A stretch of DNA of 62,964 nt, filler included, from Sphacelaria rigidula (GCA_964200075.2; 7 parts of 7 records of this genome joined end to end with filler, not necessarily neighbours in it); one strand, 5' to 3'; counted from the whole stretch's first letter, positions 37,281 to 51,356 are shown. A program made the numbers and translations. The notes: generated from the letters alone by a model not told the origin.

Positions 37281-39489
37281 CCTCGCTGTGTTAAGTCACG
37301 ACTTGTCGGATGTGTGAAATAATGCTGACACTTGATAACGACATTTTCGCCAGCTTGAGTGTCTAGCGTTTGAGTGACAACTGCGATGTGAAGTATGACG
37401 CCCAACTGTTGAAAGACAGTAGAACGATATTTTAGCCTGGGATCAAGCCTCGCATGATTGCTTCAAGACTTATGTTCTTCGGGAGGCTCCCAATAAGCCG
37501 GTAGGAAATTCTTCCAACCCATTGTAGAGTCAAATCAAACAATACTGTACACTCATAAACAAGAAACTCCTGACTCAGTTGTTAGCCTTGTTCCTGAGGA
37601 CGTGTTCACTCGAAGGAGATAGCGGCTGGATGTACAGCAGATGATCTGAACCTCGAGAATGTGTTTCATCAGTTTCTACTGTAATGCTGACCTCCAAAGT
37701 GACGGTAGAGAACAAAGTGGGACGGTAGAGTTCCTACACAGACCTGTCTTCCGACCCGAAATATATTCAGTCATCCATCAAGTCTTTTGCGGCACGAGTT
37801 AATTCAAGTGGCATAAACGTTCACGCAAGCCTTTATCCTTCAGTAGCTGCTGTTGGTCGTTACTCAACCGAAATCATTGACTGTATGCCTTCAAACCACC
37901 TCACCGAACACCCGATAGCGACTACGACGTACGTGCTTTCGAAACGCAAGTACAGTTTGTGTAGCAGCTGCTTTGGTGTACGTGCAAACATTTACCTAAA
38001 ATCTACTTCTCCTACCCGCCAGCCATATCTTGTCTGAATTTTGGAAAATGAGAGAGCAAAGTTATACTCCTTGTCTCGAGCAATGCTTCGGTAGGTGTTG
38101 CACTTTTTGTCTCTGGGTCTCATCTTTGAAGGAGCCCAAATTTATGGGGATTACTGTACAACCCGAATCTCCGGGGACCGGGCTCAAGACCACTTTCGTG
38201 AGATTGAGAGTAGAGCGCCGATTCAGAGTGGCTTTGATCATTCACTTTAAGTCAACCAACATTTACTTTTGTGTGTAGTTCTCTTTGCCTCCGTCACTAG
38301 CGTGTGCTTACAGCTACACATCGATATCCTACTCAGGGATACCAAGGGCCTCAGTGGCAAGCTACTACGGAAAGCAAATCGGGCGTCGTTCGGGAGCATC
38401 TTGGAACTGAAATGATTCATCCACTAATTGACCGGTTTTCACTCTCAATCGCATCCTCTCCTCTCAATCTCACTAGAATATTGTTACTCCCAGAAGCATG
38501 GTGTTTGCACGCAGGGGCCATTATTTTCACTCTGTTTCAAGTAAAAATGATGCCGATTCTCGAAATGACCCATCCAACACCCCGAGCAGCCCCGAGAAAC
38601 GTTATCGCTGAAAAAATGCAACCCCTACGGTAGCATTGCTCTTTCATATCATCACGAAATCAGACTGCAAAGAACCGGCGAAGACCCGGGGTGCTCCGTC
38701 CCGGCTTTGTCGGGATGCGAGGTCAATGGTCATGTGACAATGGCATGCATGATCATGAGTACACCTCCCCCTCCCACCCCCTGTTGCAAATATCTAGACG
38801 ATACAGCCTACATTCGTTGTGTTTGAATGAAGTCATTGCAACAAAAAATAGCGGTACAACCTGTTGCGATTCAACGAATCTACGAACCATGTAACACGGC
38901 TTCATTCGTATCTTTTCCACGGAGAGTACCTCTTTGTGTTGATTTCTAGTCTACTGGTTCGAACGACTTTTCAAGTAGGATATTGCTGGAGTAGGCGTGT
39001 TGCCATGATTTGTCAATGAGAGATACTCTAGCAGAGTATTTAGGCCACATAAGCTGTAAGATATTCGTGTGCAAGATTACAGTTGATCTAAGCTCAAGAG
39101 CTGGCAAGGCTACCGCGTCGGCGTAGCAAGGGTGAATTTGATGATATGATTTGATCCTACGTACGTGTGAAGGTCTTGACTTTTTGTTCCAGAATTGAGT
39201 ATGCTTGGATTCAGTGGTCTCTACCGCCTATGCAATCACTCTCCCGAGCACACTCACTTCCCCTTCGTTCCCTCAGCCCTCTGCATGAAAAGGGGCTGCT
39301 TGCTTTTGTTCGGCCGAGTGAAGTGCCCCAAATACCATGTCTTTTTGACCTTCTGTCTGCTGCAGAAACAAGTGGTTTCACCACCACTGTGAACCTCTGC
39401 CACACACCACTGTTCACGTGGCAGTACTTGATCTGTCTCTAGGACAGTACCAAACATCACGAGCCAATATTTCCAACAGAAACTGCATC

Positions 39490-42470
39490 AGCTCACTAGC
39501 GGTTTGAGGACGTCGTGCCTTGCGTTCACCTTGAATGCGGACGGGATAACAGTACCCCTGGAGCATACCTCACCACACCAAACCACTTTGCGGGCAAAAA
39601 GTGTGCACTTATGCGCAGAGATAAACAGACCAACACTCTCCAGGTGGCCACGAATTTCATCAAGCAAAGCAAGCGAAGCAAACAATGCTTCTTCAGTTTC
39701 AGCAAAATTGAAACGTCACCCACTCACACTTTACAGTTTAGACCTCTAGAAATGTCAGTCACCACACCTTGGAAATACGCCGTGGCGTTCAACACGCCCT
39801 ATGGGACACGAGTAGGCGTAAACAAACCGTCAGGCGTGACGATCGTGAAGATCTCCTGAGTTTCCGGCGCCAGAGGCATCTGCCAATACCCATGGATCAC
39901 ATCCACCTTGCCGAAGCATTGGGCTCCCAGCAACTCCCGCAATCTTCTTGGCATGGCATCACCCCCCGAGACTGTCCCATCTGCGCGTTCACCGCCTTGT
40001 AGTCGCTGATCAAACAGAGTGTGTCCCACTTCGGCACCGCTATCGGCGGACTCGCTCACATAGCCTGAAAGTTCCTGATCAGCGAACCAAACGCCACAAC
40101 AGCTGCGATGCATGAAGCAAGCCACCCGGTCTTCACCAGATCGTAACGGCGAGGCTTGGCCTTGGCCGCCTTTGCCTATGGCTTGAGGTGCACCCTTATG
40201 GGCTCTATGCGCGCTGGCGGATCACCATGCAGCGCACGACGAAAGCTATCCACGCGACGAGCCAAAATTTCACGCAGACGGTATGCGCCATCGGCGCTCA
40301 GGCCCTTCTGCTCGGCCTACTGCACGCTATCCTCCAGCGCATGTTCTCTGGCACCTCTCTCCTCCGCAGGACCCATTCAACATGTCGGGTCCCCGATCGA
40401 CCAAGCGCTCCACCGCTGCATCCGCAGAAGCCTCCTCCTCCTTGGCATTCTGCAACGACCGTATGGATACGTTAGCACGCCTCGCAGCAAGATAGCTGGG
40501 ATTTTCCACGCCGTTTTGCACCGGCACAGCACGCGGGCGAAGCATATCCACCGCCAGCAGATACAAATCGATCTCGAGCTCCTTCATCGTCGCCATCCTA
40601 GACAGAACCACGTTATCCCTGCCGGGCATGACAGCAAAAGTGATGGGCTGCAACTCCACAGTCCCCCACGGCGTACGCACGCTAACAGCAATCGGCACCG
40701 TTTTATGAGCAATCGTCACAGGCATACCCGTGACAGTCTGTGCCGTTTGCGATCAAATTTCGAACGGAAGCTGCAGCTGAGCGCCGCCGAACGGCGAAGG
40801 CATTTGTTTCAGCAACCCCACACCGATGGGCGTGAGCGCGGACCCAGAATCCAGAATAACGCGGGCCAGGAACGAACCTACGGAACCAGGCAAGGAAAGG
40901 TCTGCGCGTAGACACTCTGCGTTGCGATCGACAGGCACCACGCCTTCCGAAAAAGCCGGGTCGGTACCAAGAGTCACCTGACGCCAGGGCTGTGCTCCAG
41001 CACTTGGCATCAAAAATTGAGAACAGACGGTCCACCCAGACCACGTCGCCGCTACAGCCGTCGCAGCAGTAGGAGATGTACCAGACATAGATCCTGCTTG
41101 GCCGAGGGGTTGCAAACTGTCCTCTCTAGCACTCCCCACCGAAGTATTGGCACCTCCCACGTACACTACTCGCCCCGACACGGACGAACCAGAAGATCCA
41201 GAGTCACCATCTGATGACGTAGTCGAAGAAACAGAAGCGGAGAAACCATCATCCACCGCCGAGTGATCGCTACCGCGGCCACTGCGCCCGCGTTCATGGT
41301 TGACACGGCCCCGTCCACCGTGGCGACCGCCGCGAGATCCTGATGAATCTCGTGCTTTGCCCTAGGCAGCGCCTTGAGCGCGAGGCTTGGGGCAGTCCTT
41401 AATAAGGTGTCCGGTGTCGCCGCAGTTGTAACACGCGCGAGTGGACGACGCTCGCGAAGACGACTGCTGTTTCTGTTGCTGTTGCTTGGGGCGTGCACCA
41501 CCTGCACTTGCTGCAGAGTCGCGTCGGCCATGCGCCTCGATGGAATCCCAGTGGTCGGCGACATCAAATATCTTGCTCAATACCACGGTCGGGATCTTTT
41601 TCCAGCCGTCTACATACGTGAGTACGCTGTTCACATACGCCTTAAATTCCGGCGGCGAAATCCCGCCCACCCAATCAGTGGAAACGGACTCGGCCGGGCC
41701 TGGCAATCAGCTCCTGTCCTCCGCACTGTACATGGCTTGCACCGTGAGATTCTCAGCGAAAAACGTTTCCATCGATGAGTTAGGCATCATCGCTCGATCC
41801 TTGACGGATGTTCCACCGCTTTGCTGCATTGTAAGCACTCTATGCAGGTCTGGTGCAGCCCGCGCAGCATCATGTTTGCCGCCGATTGTGGTTTACCCGG
41901 CACGTTGCTTCACAGCATCTAGCCATTCCTCGGGGGTCAAGGCACGACAGTCCTTTTACGTGCCTGCAAAGCACCGATGAATGTATGTAGGGATGAGTTT
42001 TCCAATGCTCACGCTTGCATGCCGCACCAATCCTCGTGCATTTGCGAGGTACAAAGGCTCCTCATAGTCGAGAAAAGCGGTGTAAGAAACCCGTCATGCC
42101 CCCTCTGTTCACACCTCGCCGTACTTTGGCGGGTCTAGCGGCTCACCCAAAACCAGTGGCGCTCCCGCCGCTCGAGCCATGTTCTCTAGGACTCAAACAC
42201 TTCACGGGGAGACTCTTGCCTGACTTGTACGTCCTCCCGCCCCCGGAGCGTCCTCCACCGCTGTGCCGTTCAAGTTGGTCTCGATCCGCCGGCTGGCCAA
42301 ACTGTTGTTCGAGCTGCGGCCCCTCCTCCTCAGCCAAACTCCTTCACCAGAGTACCGAGAAATATCTAGATGGTGTAGCCTCTGCCAAACGATCTGGAGA
42401 AGAGAACTTCCAGCTAGAGACTCCTCCAGTATCACTGGCTTCGTGCTCGACAAGCCCTCTCTTCTAGCTT
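39490..42470 (-). mobile_element. Ty3/gypsy element, 5' part: gag, protease and truncated RT
   Basis: CYNCGDTGHLIKDC knuckle; VILDSGS protease; KVDVIHGYWQMPL...TRVP*GVLNATAYFQ RT; frameshifted. Confidence 0.9.
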
Positions 42471-42480
42471 GTTATTATCA

Positions 42481-42700
42481 CGGAGTGATCCTCGACAGAT
42501 CACGAGCCAGACAGCAAGGAACTACTCAGTCTGGACATGATTAGCCATAGGGGCACGTTGCTGCTGAAGCTTTGATTAGCCAAAGGCAAGACGTGTCAGG
42601 CTGATGTTTAATATTGCAGTGTTGTACGCGTGGCGGGGGAACGTTTTGTAAAAACCTTCACCGCCCCCCGACGTAGTCACTCGTTTCTCCGACCACAACA
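42481..42700 (-). repeat. Probable 5' LTR of the contig 5 gypsy element
   Basis: Minus strand starts TGTTGTGGTCGGAG and ends CACTCCG followed by TGATAATAAC, directly upstream of gag. Confidence 0.45.
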
Positions 42701-44822
42701 GTCTACTGCCTTTTGGATATAAGGCTACAGTCGAACGATAACCAAGAGAACCATCAAGTCGTCACAACACCGCTGACGTATTCCTTCCACTGGGTCTTCG
42801 AGTCCATGGCTTGATCAACGTGAGCTGTTGAGGCTGTGTGTACATATATGCCGTTGGATCGTAGTTACAAGAGGCTTGGTCCCTGATCCCCGAACAGCGG
42901 TTGCTGTTGTGTGGATCGAGAACGACTACCTGGAGCGTGTCTAACGAACTAAATTTAGGACAAGCCTGCTAACATCCGTTCCTTGGGGGTGCGTGCGGCT
43001 TGCTATAGTACGGCAATACTGCCACAGTTGGGGCTTCAAAGTGGTTCGTTTTACTCAAGCTATCAGGTTCCCTCTCGTACACTCCTTGCGACGGTGTTTT
43101 CACACCAGCTTCCATTTTTTCAAGTCGTGTGTTCTTTTTGTTTGTTTTGTTTTTCACTTGAAACTTGCGTACACGTTTCGTTGGTGTGTTCGACATTGCA
43201 TACTCGAGTGGTCGGCTGGCTCTTTCGTAGCAGCTGTCTTCTTTTTTACCTGGAATTTGACCGACATTCCGACTCTGGTATAACTGCAGGTCTACAATGT
43301 CTCATGCAGTACCCACGCCCGTCTCAGGCAATGATGGACGGACCATACAACGCTTGAGGCGCGCGCGCACACGCACGCTCTCTCTTGCTACACGATCCAA
43401 TCTTCCCCCATCCGCAGACCATAATCACGGTGCACACCAACCTACCGTGGTGAATTCGCTTCCTCTTGTACCGTTATACACGGCACAGAGATCGAATCAC
43501 TTTTCATGCGCACTCGTACCGAAGTGGTTCTTCCTGTTCCAAACACAGCTGCGTCTCTACAGACAGCCGTCCATATTTTCCTCGTTTCAATACGCCCCTT
43601 CCGGCACTCTGACGTTTTCAATGTTTCCCCGACCAAGTGTCCCCACCAGCGCCCCCGCTCAACGCCCGTCGATCCTATATGTTTGTTTGCGAAGAGTGAG
43701 GTGCCGTTCTGTACCGTACGATGGTACTGCCGTCCTATCTGGACACTACCTTCTACATTGCACTGTAGACATCACCATTCACGGTGCGGTTATAGTGCTT
43801 TGCCGTGTGTTCTCCATGCCATACGAACAAACTGACGTTTGTACTGCACTCTTGAGCCGATCCTGCGCTGCACCACGCGCAATATTCTCGTACTGTACGG
43901 TGCCACGCAGCACTGCGCTGTCTGGTACTATGTACGTATGCTGCTGTCTGCACTGCCTTATAGATATATGACACAGTCATCCCTTGTACATGTATTGATT
44001 GTCTATCTGTAAATTGGCGCGTCATCGAAACCTCAAATCGGCTAATTTCGGCGGACTACACGGTACTGTCAAGAAGTATCGCCAGCTGAGCTGACATTGC
44101 CTCATACAAGTGCGGCATGCGACGGTTGTCTTTTCCACAACCTTAACATGTTCTCAAAGCGGGACTGGGCGGTTTGACGTTGCTGTTCGCTGTGCCCCAC
44201 TCGTATCCTTTCATGACGTGGAGGATTGTAAAATTCGATGTTGCGCTGGTTAGAGTCACTGTATGTTTGTTGATTGAGTTCTACAACACCAATCGTCATT
44301 TTGTTTTCGCTTTTACCGTTTATTCACCAGCACACACATAAATAAAACATTTCGTGCGCCTTCTACATTTTTACGTCGTCTTCACCTAATTAAAAATGGT
44401 GATAGGCCCAATGAATGGGAAAAGTGCGCTGAGCTACATGTCGAACAAAACTGTCGACAGTACTCTGCCACTCTCTTCCTTTTATTTTGGTCCACGTCGC
44501 CTCGGTTCCACGACACCATATATGCCTACTTGCACGACGAAGCGTTCACTTATCAACCTTCTGATCTCTACGCCATCGGTCTTGCGCAATGGGGCAGGTG
44601 TACAAGCCATGTCTGATGTCAACCGCCCTGCGACTCCACTTGAGCACGATGTCACCAAGGATGGTGCGCTGTCTTCAGACAGTGATGAAACAACCGTAAA
44701 GTCACCCACGCGTAGTGAGACGGTTGACAACAACGAACCGGCACGTTTTGATGTCGATGATAGCGTTGTTGCAGCACACATTTTCGCGAACGTGGCTACA
44801 GATTTGGATGAGGACTGTAGTC

Positions 44823-44948
44823 GAGTCATCCTACGATATGGGGGGGGTATTTGGTTGCACGAAAAACGAGGCTCATAAGTGCGTCAGACATACTTCCACA
44901 CTTGCGTTGCGCTTGTATTTGAACCCAGACGGTGTCAGGCAGTATGGA
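44823..44948 (+). repeat. Dispersed repeat family I at the right end of contig 5
   Basis: Inverted relative to 36055-36181. Confidence 0.85.
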
Positions 44949-45048
44949 NNNNNNNNNNNNNNNNNNNNNNNNNNNNNNNNNNNNNNNNNNNNTTAATTAA
45001 TTAANNNNNNNNNNNNNNNNNNNNNNNNNNNNNNNNNNNNNNNNNNNN
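44949..45048. other. Artificial contig linker
   Basis: Same 100-bp structure. Confidence 0.98.
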
Positions 45049-45310
45049 TTTGAATGCACAAACGATTAAAAGCCCATAACGGACTTTACTATTGGGACAG
45101 AGGAAGTATTCACACACCGTCCCAGCGATCCGAAAAATGCGAGGAGAGGTGGGTTGATCACGTGAGACCACGGACTCGTCCCGAGGAATATATTTACAGG
45201 AAAGGGTTGGAAGTCTGAGGAAGAAAAAGATGCGAGGGTTATCTCTGGCATCTCATACCCACGGGGTTTACCAACCCTAGAGCAGAACCACGACAGGGGT
45301 AGCTCCTCAC

Positions 45311-45388
45311 CGTGCACGATGATCGCCACGTTGAACAGCAGACGGCTAACAGGTTGGCGCCACCCCGGAATGCACCACGACATAACCC
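45311..45388 (-). CDS. Two-pore-channel-like gene, visible exon 5 (GVMSWCIPGWRQPVSRLLFNVAIIVH)
   Basis: CAG acceptor and G|GTGAGG donor; phase 1 matches the previous exon; start of a hydrophobic helix. Confidence 0.65.
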
Positions 45389-46344
45389 CTGTCCAACAAG
45401 CCGGCCGATAGACGCAAGAAAGAGGGGCGCGGGGGGGGGGGGGCAGAGGTGAGAGGTGAGCAGGGTACTCATCTCGCTGCCCTATGACTAATACGGCATT
45501 GGTTGAAGACCTCAGGAGAGAAACTGTCACCCTTGCAGGATAATTTCCAAACTATTCCGTGACGAAGCACGGGGGAATACTTCAGTGCATGACGTTGGCA
45601 TTCCGAGAGACACACGTCGTTTCTCGCACCGTTACCAACTCATCCCCCGTGAGATTGCGATTTGAGCCCTGCTCCGTTTCACTACTCTTGTATTGTACCC
45701 AAGAATAACCTTTATTTCGTGGTGAGTTGAGCGGGAGCGATTCTCACCCGGCAGTGAAGAAATCATGAATCGCGTAGAAAATTGAGGCACGCTCCCTTTG
45801 TACTCACTAAGTACAAAAAAAATGAAAAATAGTGAGCTTACAACGGTTGTTGTAGCGTTCACTCCTATTAGAAATAATTGACTCACATTGTCGCTTTGCC
45901 ATGAACGTAGATGAGCACTCAATATCATCACGATCAGTTAGAAGTAAAAGTATACTCCGCAAGGAGGTAGATCAGAGAGAAACAGGCAATTTCGACCAAA
46001 CTATTACCCAAAATCGCGAATTCAAGACGTTCTTCTAAAGCACTTGAGAGTACTTCGAATGGTTATCATCTTCGATATTCAGCGCAAGATGAGGAAGCTT
46101 GGCGACGCTTTCCCCTGCGGAAGTGCGCGAGCACGCATTTTCTGTTGCGTGCATCTCCCCTCGAGTACTGGACGGCTATCTTGCAACCGACCAAGCCTGC
46201 ATTCGTAGCGCATCACTCGATGTGTGTGCGACAATCCATCAGCCGATGCGACGTTCAACCACATGCATGAAATCGACTAACACTATCATTTCCGGGCAAT
46301 AATTTATACCCTGCCCACCATCCACCATGGGATCGATCGCCTTA

Positions 46345-46470
46345 CATGTGTATAAGTGTGTTGAGTTGTCATACCATCTATTCTGGACCGTTGGTCTACA
46401 CCACTCGGTATATGCGGGCGCATTCGCCGGTGTGAGACAGGAGGAAGGCCAACACACGAGTTTTTTTCAC
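46345..46470 (-). mobile_element. 3' fragment of the tRNA-derived SINE family
   Basis: Similar to 54080-54190 (TATTCTGG...CGGTATA...GGGCGCA...ACAGGAGGAA). Confidence 0.6.
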
Positions 46471-47118
46471 GGTATTGCAAACCACGCTGTAGTGGCCATC
46501 CGACAGGCACTCAGTAAAGAATCATCCTACACACCAGATACATTTCAAAACCGCACCGGGGTGTCCGGTCAACGGAGGTCTTCCACGCCTGGCTTGACCG
46601 CCTCGATTGACCACGACACGTGCATCAACTCATGACTTACTTCTACACGAGCTTTTCAAGCCACGTGAATGAGCACTATGCTCTGTCCCACGCAAGACCG
46701 ACTACGGTAGTGCGAGCGTTGTGTCTATGCTCTCTTTGTGAGAGCCTGACTTCATAAACGTAGTATGGAGTACACACAGGTTAGCAGTCCTGGAGAGAGT
46801 GAGTCTACCCTTGGGAACCAGATTGCTAGCAAGCTGTTGGCTGTGGGAAATGCTCCTCGAGGATGATATCTACGGGACCGGAATTGCGGAACCAAGGAAG
46901 GTCAAGACCGTGATCTCTACATAACCTCTGGTCGCTACGATAGCAAGCACCGTTTTTCTTCGCGGAGAAAATATATAATTCGAAAAACCGTCCGCAGCCC
47001 GGTGCGCTCTCGAAAGGATTACATGTTAGGTAAGCTAGTGGCTTCATACCACATGCCCGCGCTGTCGATGACTCAACAACACTCACAAGCTTCAGGGCTC
47101 AATTCATGGTCAACTCAC

Positions 47119-47176
47119 CGTGCACTTCTTTTCTGATGCGGCCCCACCTCCCGTGGTACACTACGCGTCTGGGCGG
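47119..47176 (-). CDS. Two-pore-channel-like gene, visible exon 4 (PPRRVVYHGRWGRIRKEVH)
   Basis: CAG acceptor and G|GTGAGT donor; 58 bp, phase 0 to 1. Confidence 0.6.
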
Positions 47177-47465
47177 CTGCGTTGCGTCGTGTTGCGTTGC
47201 GCGTGCCACGAAACAAATAGGCGTCCAATCAAAGACAGATGACGACGGAAACGGAACGCCGCCACCCGCCCCCCGCCCCCAAAGAGAACCCGGCGAAGAA
47301 AACGTGAAGATAAAAAAAGAAAAGAAGACGCACACGCGGCGGCGGCAAGTGCAGAAAAGGCATATGTTAATTACTATACGCAACTCATGAGTGACGTGAC
47401 ACCTGCGACGCAAATGGGGTTGACAAAGGAAAAGATGCACGCGAATACTGAAAAGAAACACAGCA

Positions 47466-47850
47466 GCCGGTTGCGCCGGTGACTCAGTTCGTATCTCCGA
47501 AACCGCCTGACGTTTGGGGCGTGGGTTCGAATCTCGATGAAGCCACGCAATCTGGGATTTTTTCCAACATGCCCAACAGTTGAGAGCGACAGTTGAGAGC
47601 GACTTTGTCGTGAGTTACAACGAAAGTCCGACTTCACGGTCGACGAAGGAAAGGGAACGCTGAACCCTTTTTGCGACAAATATCAAGGCAAGCCCCCCCC
47701 CCAGAAAGAAGATGGAGTGCTAAAAACAAACAACTCCTGTGTTAACCTTCCTCCTGTGTCGCCCCGGCTGATACGTCGACATGTACCAAGGATGCAGCAG
47801 ACTGGCGTCCACTGTAGGTGGGATGACAACACAACAACACACACATACTT
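47466..47850 (+). mobile_element. tRNA-derived SINE
   Basis: A-box-like GTGACTCAGTTCG and B-box GGTTCGAATC; body homologous to 54057-54508 in reverse complement; (CA)n tail. Confidence 0.7.
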
Positions 47851-48385
47851 TGAACGGAGAGATCAAACAGTGGTTGCTGTCCGGGTGGATGATTCGACCC
47901 CAAAACAATCAACTTCCGCTCAACATGCTCGTGCGGAAATCTTCGATTATTCACTGCACCCTGAAATTGTTCGAAAATAACAAGGTACTCTCCACCACTG
48001 TACCTTCTTCTGTCCAGTGGCCTAACAACTTCATTGACAACTCAACAACAGAATACGAGTGGGAGTTTCATGTTTCAGCGCTGCAGTGACGTGAATACAG
48101 CTCCTTCGTCGTCGCAGCACGCCGCATCAACCTCTCAAGGCGTCGATGAAAAAGGAGCTGGTACGGTCAGCGACGTCAGCAACGAGATGTTCAACACTTG
48201 GTTCAGAGCATCTGTCATCAAAGTATCCTCCGGTACACTCGTCAACTTTGCGCAGGAAATTTAGCTCAACTTGAGCTCATCTTCACGTCGCGATTCTAGC
48301 ACAGTCAGCCTCTCCACGCTACTGTTCCTACTGCTGCTGTTGCTGCTACTGCTGTACATTCCTCTGAGTAATGGCCATGCTTCAC

Positions 48386-48550
48386 CTTGGAGAGATTGGC
48401 CTTGCCCAAGGCGCACAGCATGAAAAAGCCGCCCTTGGAGATTTGGTCACCCGTGGCGCCGTTGCCATCAGTGTTCATGCCGCTCCCACTTCCTGACAGA
48501 TCACAAGAATTTGCCTCCGCTTTTTTCGCGGCGAAGAACAGAGCAGATGT
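48386..48550 (-). CDS. Two-pore-channel-like gene, visible exon 3 (TSALFF...DQISKGGFFMLCALGKANLSK)
   Basis: CAG acceptor and AAG|GTGAAG donor; 165 bp, phase 0-0; degenerate EF-hand-like I...F..LC. Confidence 0.65.
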
Positions 48551-49818
48551 CTGGTTGACAAACAACAACACCAACAACAACAAACGACAATCAACAAACG
48601 AACGAGAAAGTATAAAGGAGACAACGGAATTCGTAGCTCGCTCTTGATTAGGTACATGTCGCCTTGATTCTTGCTGTTGGGCGGACGTGTATCACGACAC
48701 GGAGCGCGAGATCTCCACTATCGCTCGCACAAACGACGCAAAGCACGCGAGTATGCGCTACTTGGGGAAAAAAAGGTGTGGGCGTTCTTATTTCAAGCCA
48801 TAAAAAAACGGATATCTACCTTGTGCCCCTCCACCCCGCCCCCCGGCGCCCCATTTAAAACATACACACGCAACGAAAAACAAAACGAGAAATCTATTGT
48901 TGTATTCATGTTGAATATCGGGGGACCGGATCTCAGCACGACCGAACATATTTTCAGTATTCGAAGGTGGTGAGACGAATAATCAAATACTGACAGGTCC
49001 CGTTCTGTCACCTTGAAAGTTCCGGCCAGACACGCTGGCGTCCCTATCCTGTGTGCACATGAGGATTGAAAAATACTGCTTGCCAAAAGGGGGACGGGGG
49101 GGACAGGGGGCAGTTTCTCACCTTTTCACTGGGGTACAGTACTAAGCCTCACACGGAAATTGAACGGGCGATCAATACTACACTAAAAACAAGCAAATAG
49201 GTACACACCATCGTGTGTCATGCTGATACGCATGGAAGCATCGGTCGTCAGACGAGAGACTTTTGTGAAGGGCGCCGACCCTCACGACGGTGTCATCGAT
49301 AGTGCTCATTCCGGCCAAGATGTGTTCAGATACCTACTCGTGTGTATTTAGTATAGACGCTCATTGGTCCCCATAGGGTGAAGCTGGCGGTAAACCCTGT
49401 CTAGTAGTACATCGAGAGCAGTCCATCACCACGGTAGTGGTGGCGAGAATGCGACGATTCACGACATGCCCCCAGGACCTCGTTAGGTTGTTCGACTGGG
49501 GGGCGGGGGAGGACGTTCTGCAAGGAAGGTGCCTTCAATCATTAACCAGAGCACGGAGACTTGTGGGTTGTAACGATGTGTGCTACGGCACAGCGGCACG
49601 ACATGAAAAAAAAAAAAACATCGTCCGCGGAAAGACACCTACATCATGTATCTTCTGTTACTCGCCCACTCCCCCCCCACCCCCCCCAAAAAAAATCCCA
49701 AACGAGCTTCAACTGCCAAGAAGAAGAGAGGTGATGTACACCAAAAATAAGATAAATAGACCACGAGAAAAGATCATCTTCAATAAGCGAGGAAATCATA
49801 TCTCATTACGCATCTCAC

Positions 49819-49957
49819 GTGCTCGCTGTCGCATTCTGGACGCAGAAAGCCCATGAGCGACACCCAGTCATCCCTTCCGACCGTCCCGTCCGGCCCCTTC
49901 AACAGCATATACGCCCGCGTCAGCGCTAACTTGCGCTGCTCGACAACCCAATCATAG
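49819..49957 (-). CDS. Two-pore-channel-like gene, visible exon 2 (SYDWVVEQRKLALTRAYMLLKGPDGTVGRDDWVSLMGFLRPECDSEH)
   Basis: CAG acceptor and GTGAGA donor; R+.AL..A(F/Y).LL...W..L resembles the TPC inter-domain linker. Confidence 0.75.
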
Positions 49958-50658
49958 CTGCCACGCATAAGAGGAGACAAAAAACGGAACATGATGGGAA
50001 AGAGACAGAAAAACAACAGACCGACAGACAGATAGACGCAAGCAGAGGCGAAGGCAGAGGCGGAAGCAGAGGGCAATATCAAGTGAACACAATTATACGC
50101 CAAGCCCTAGAGACATAGGAAGGCGGAGGGACCCGTTGCCGTGGATTGATTGTCGCTCGGCTACTTCGGCACATTGCGTTGAACAATCTTGCTTGGCTAA
50201 CGTCAGTCCACAATCAACCATTACTCCACACTCCGAAGTTGCTCAACGATTAGTATCTAAGCACAACATCTACCGTAAAAAATGGCCTCTGCAGGATGGG
50301 AGTTTATTTACCACACCTTCCCCTCCCCCTTCCCCTTTGCCCTTCCAGTTCCACACCCACTACAATTCAACAGCTGAAAGTTAACAGCAGAAACATCATC
50401 TAGGCCACTGACGTTTCATAGGCAAGAAAACAGCATCGGCTATCTCTCATCACATGATGAAGCAACAAAAGATGCACCAGAGCCCAGCATGACCAAAATC
50501 AAAATGATATTCGGCGCTACTACGAAGTGCTCGGCCTGCCGAATATACTGTAGGTATGAAGCCCGAGTGTTCGTGGTTCCCCTGTGAGGGGCAGAGGGGA
50601 CGGTCGATTTCCTCGTGAACAAACGAATCGCAACAGGTACCTAACACGGAAATATCCA

Positions 50659-51020
50659 CACCCGGGACAAAACAACATGTTTTCAATATATATTAGTCCA
50701 TCGTATTGAATTTTTGCGATATATTGTCGGTGTGATACATATTGGTAACCTTGCATCGCACACGTATTGCGCACCCAATATATATTGATGTCGTGGGACT
50801 GCATAAATATTGCCCGCCCAATATATATATATTGGTACCGTGGGGTTAAACAAATAGTGTCCCACCAATATATATTGGGGCAGTGCGGGCGACGGCATAT
50901 TGCACGACCAATATATATTAGATCGCATTGGTGAGAACATATTGACCGGTCAATATATATTGGGTCTGCGTGGGTATCAATGTATTGGCCAGTCGATATA
51001 TATCGGATATTATAAGTATG
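50659..51020. repeat. Partial element with CAATATATATTG motif array (family J)
   Basis: Starts CACCCGGGACAAAAC, similar to the TIR at 51357; many CAATAT/ATATTG motifs. Confidence 0.55.
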
Positions 51021-51356
51021 GTGTACACTTTAAGAAAGATCCAGACGTAGTGGATGCCGGAGCCCGTGCAGATTGTGAAAAGCTTCGAAGGGAGCCGCAG
51101 AGGTTCGCGTCCATTGCTACGGACAGTTGTCGACTATATATATATATATATATATATATGTACTGGTCAGAAAATATGGTGGCAGAAGAGGCGACCCGGT
51201 ATGTATGTCTTCTGATACCTATCTGGCCACCGGTACGGGGCAGCCCATCCCCTTCACAGCATGTAATATGTCTTCGCTAAACATCACGACGACAGAAAAC
51301 GCGGGTCGATATGTGTCTTTTGGTACCCCTGTGGTCACCGGTGCTGTGTTGCTCAT

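Noticed and set aside
39195-39392. piggyBac C-terminal cysteine-rich domain (HFP...KRGC...KCPKYHVFL)
   Set aside because: Several required cysteines are absent and no DDD core is visible upstream; too weak to call
40156-40911. 251-aa plus-strand ORF and ORFs 18702-19346 and 41441-41980
   Set aside because: Antisense shadows of GC-rich gypsy gag/protease sequence
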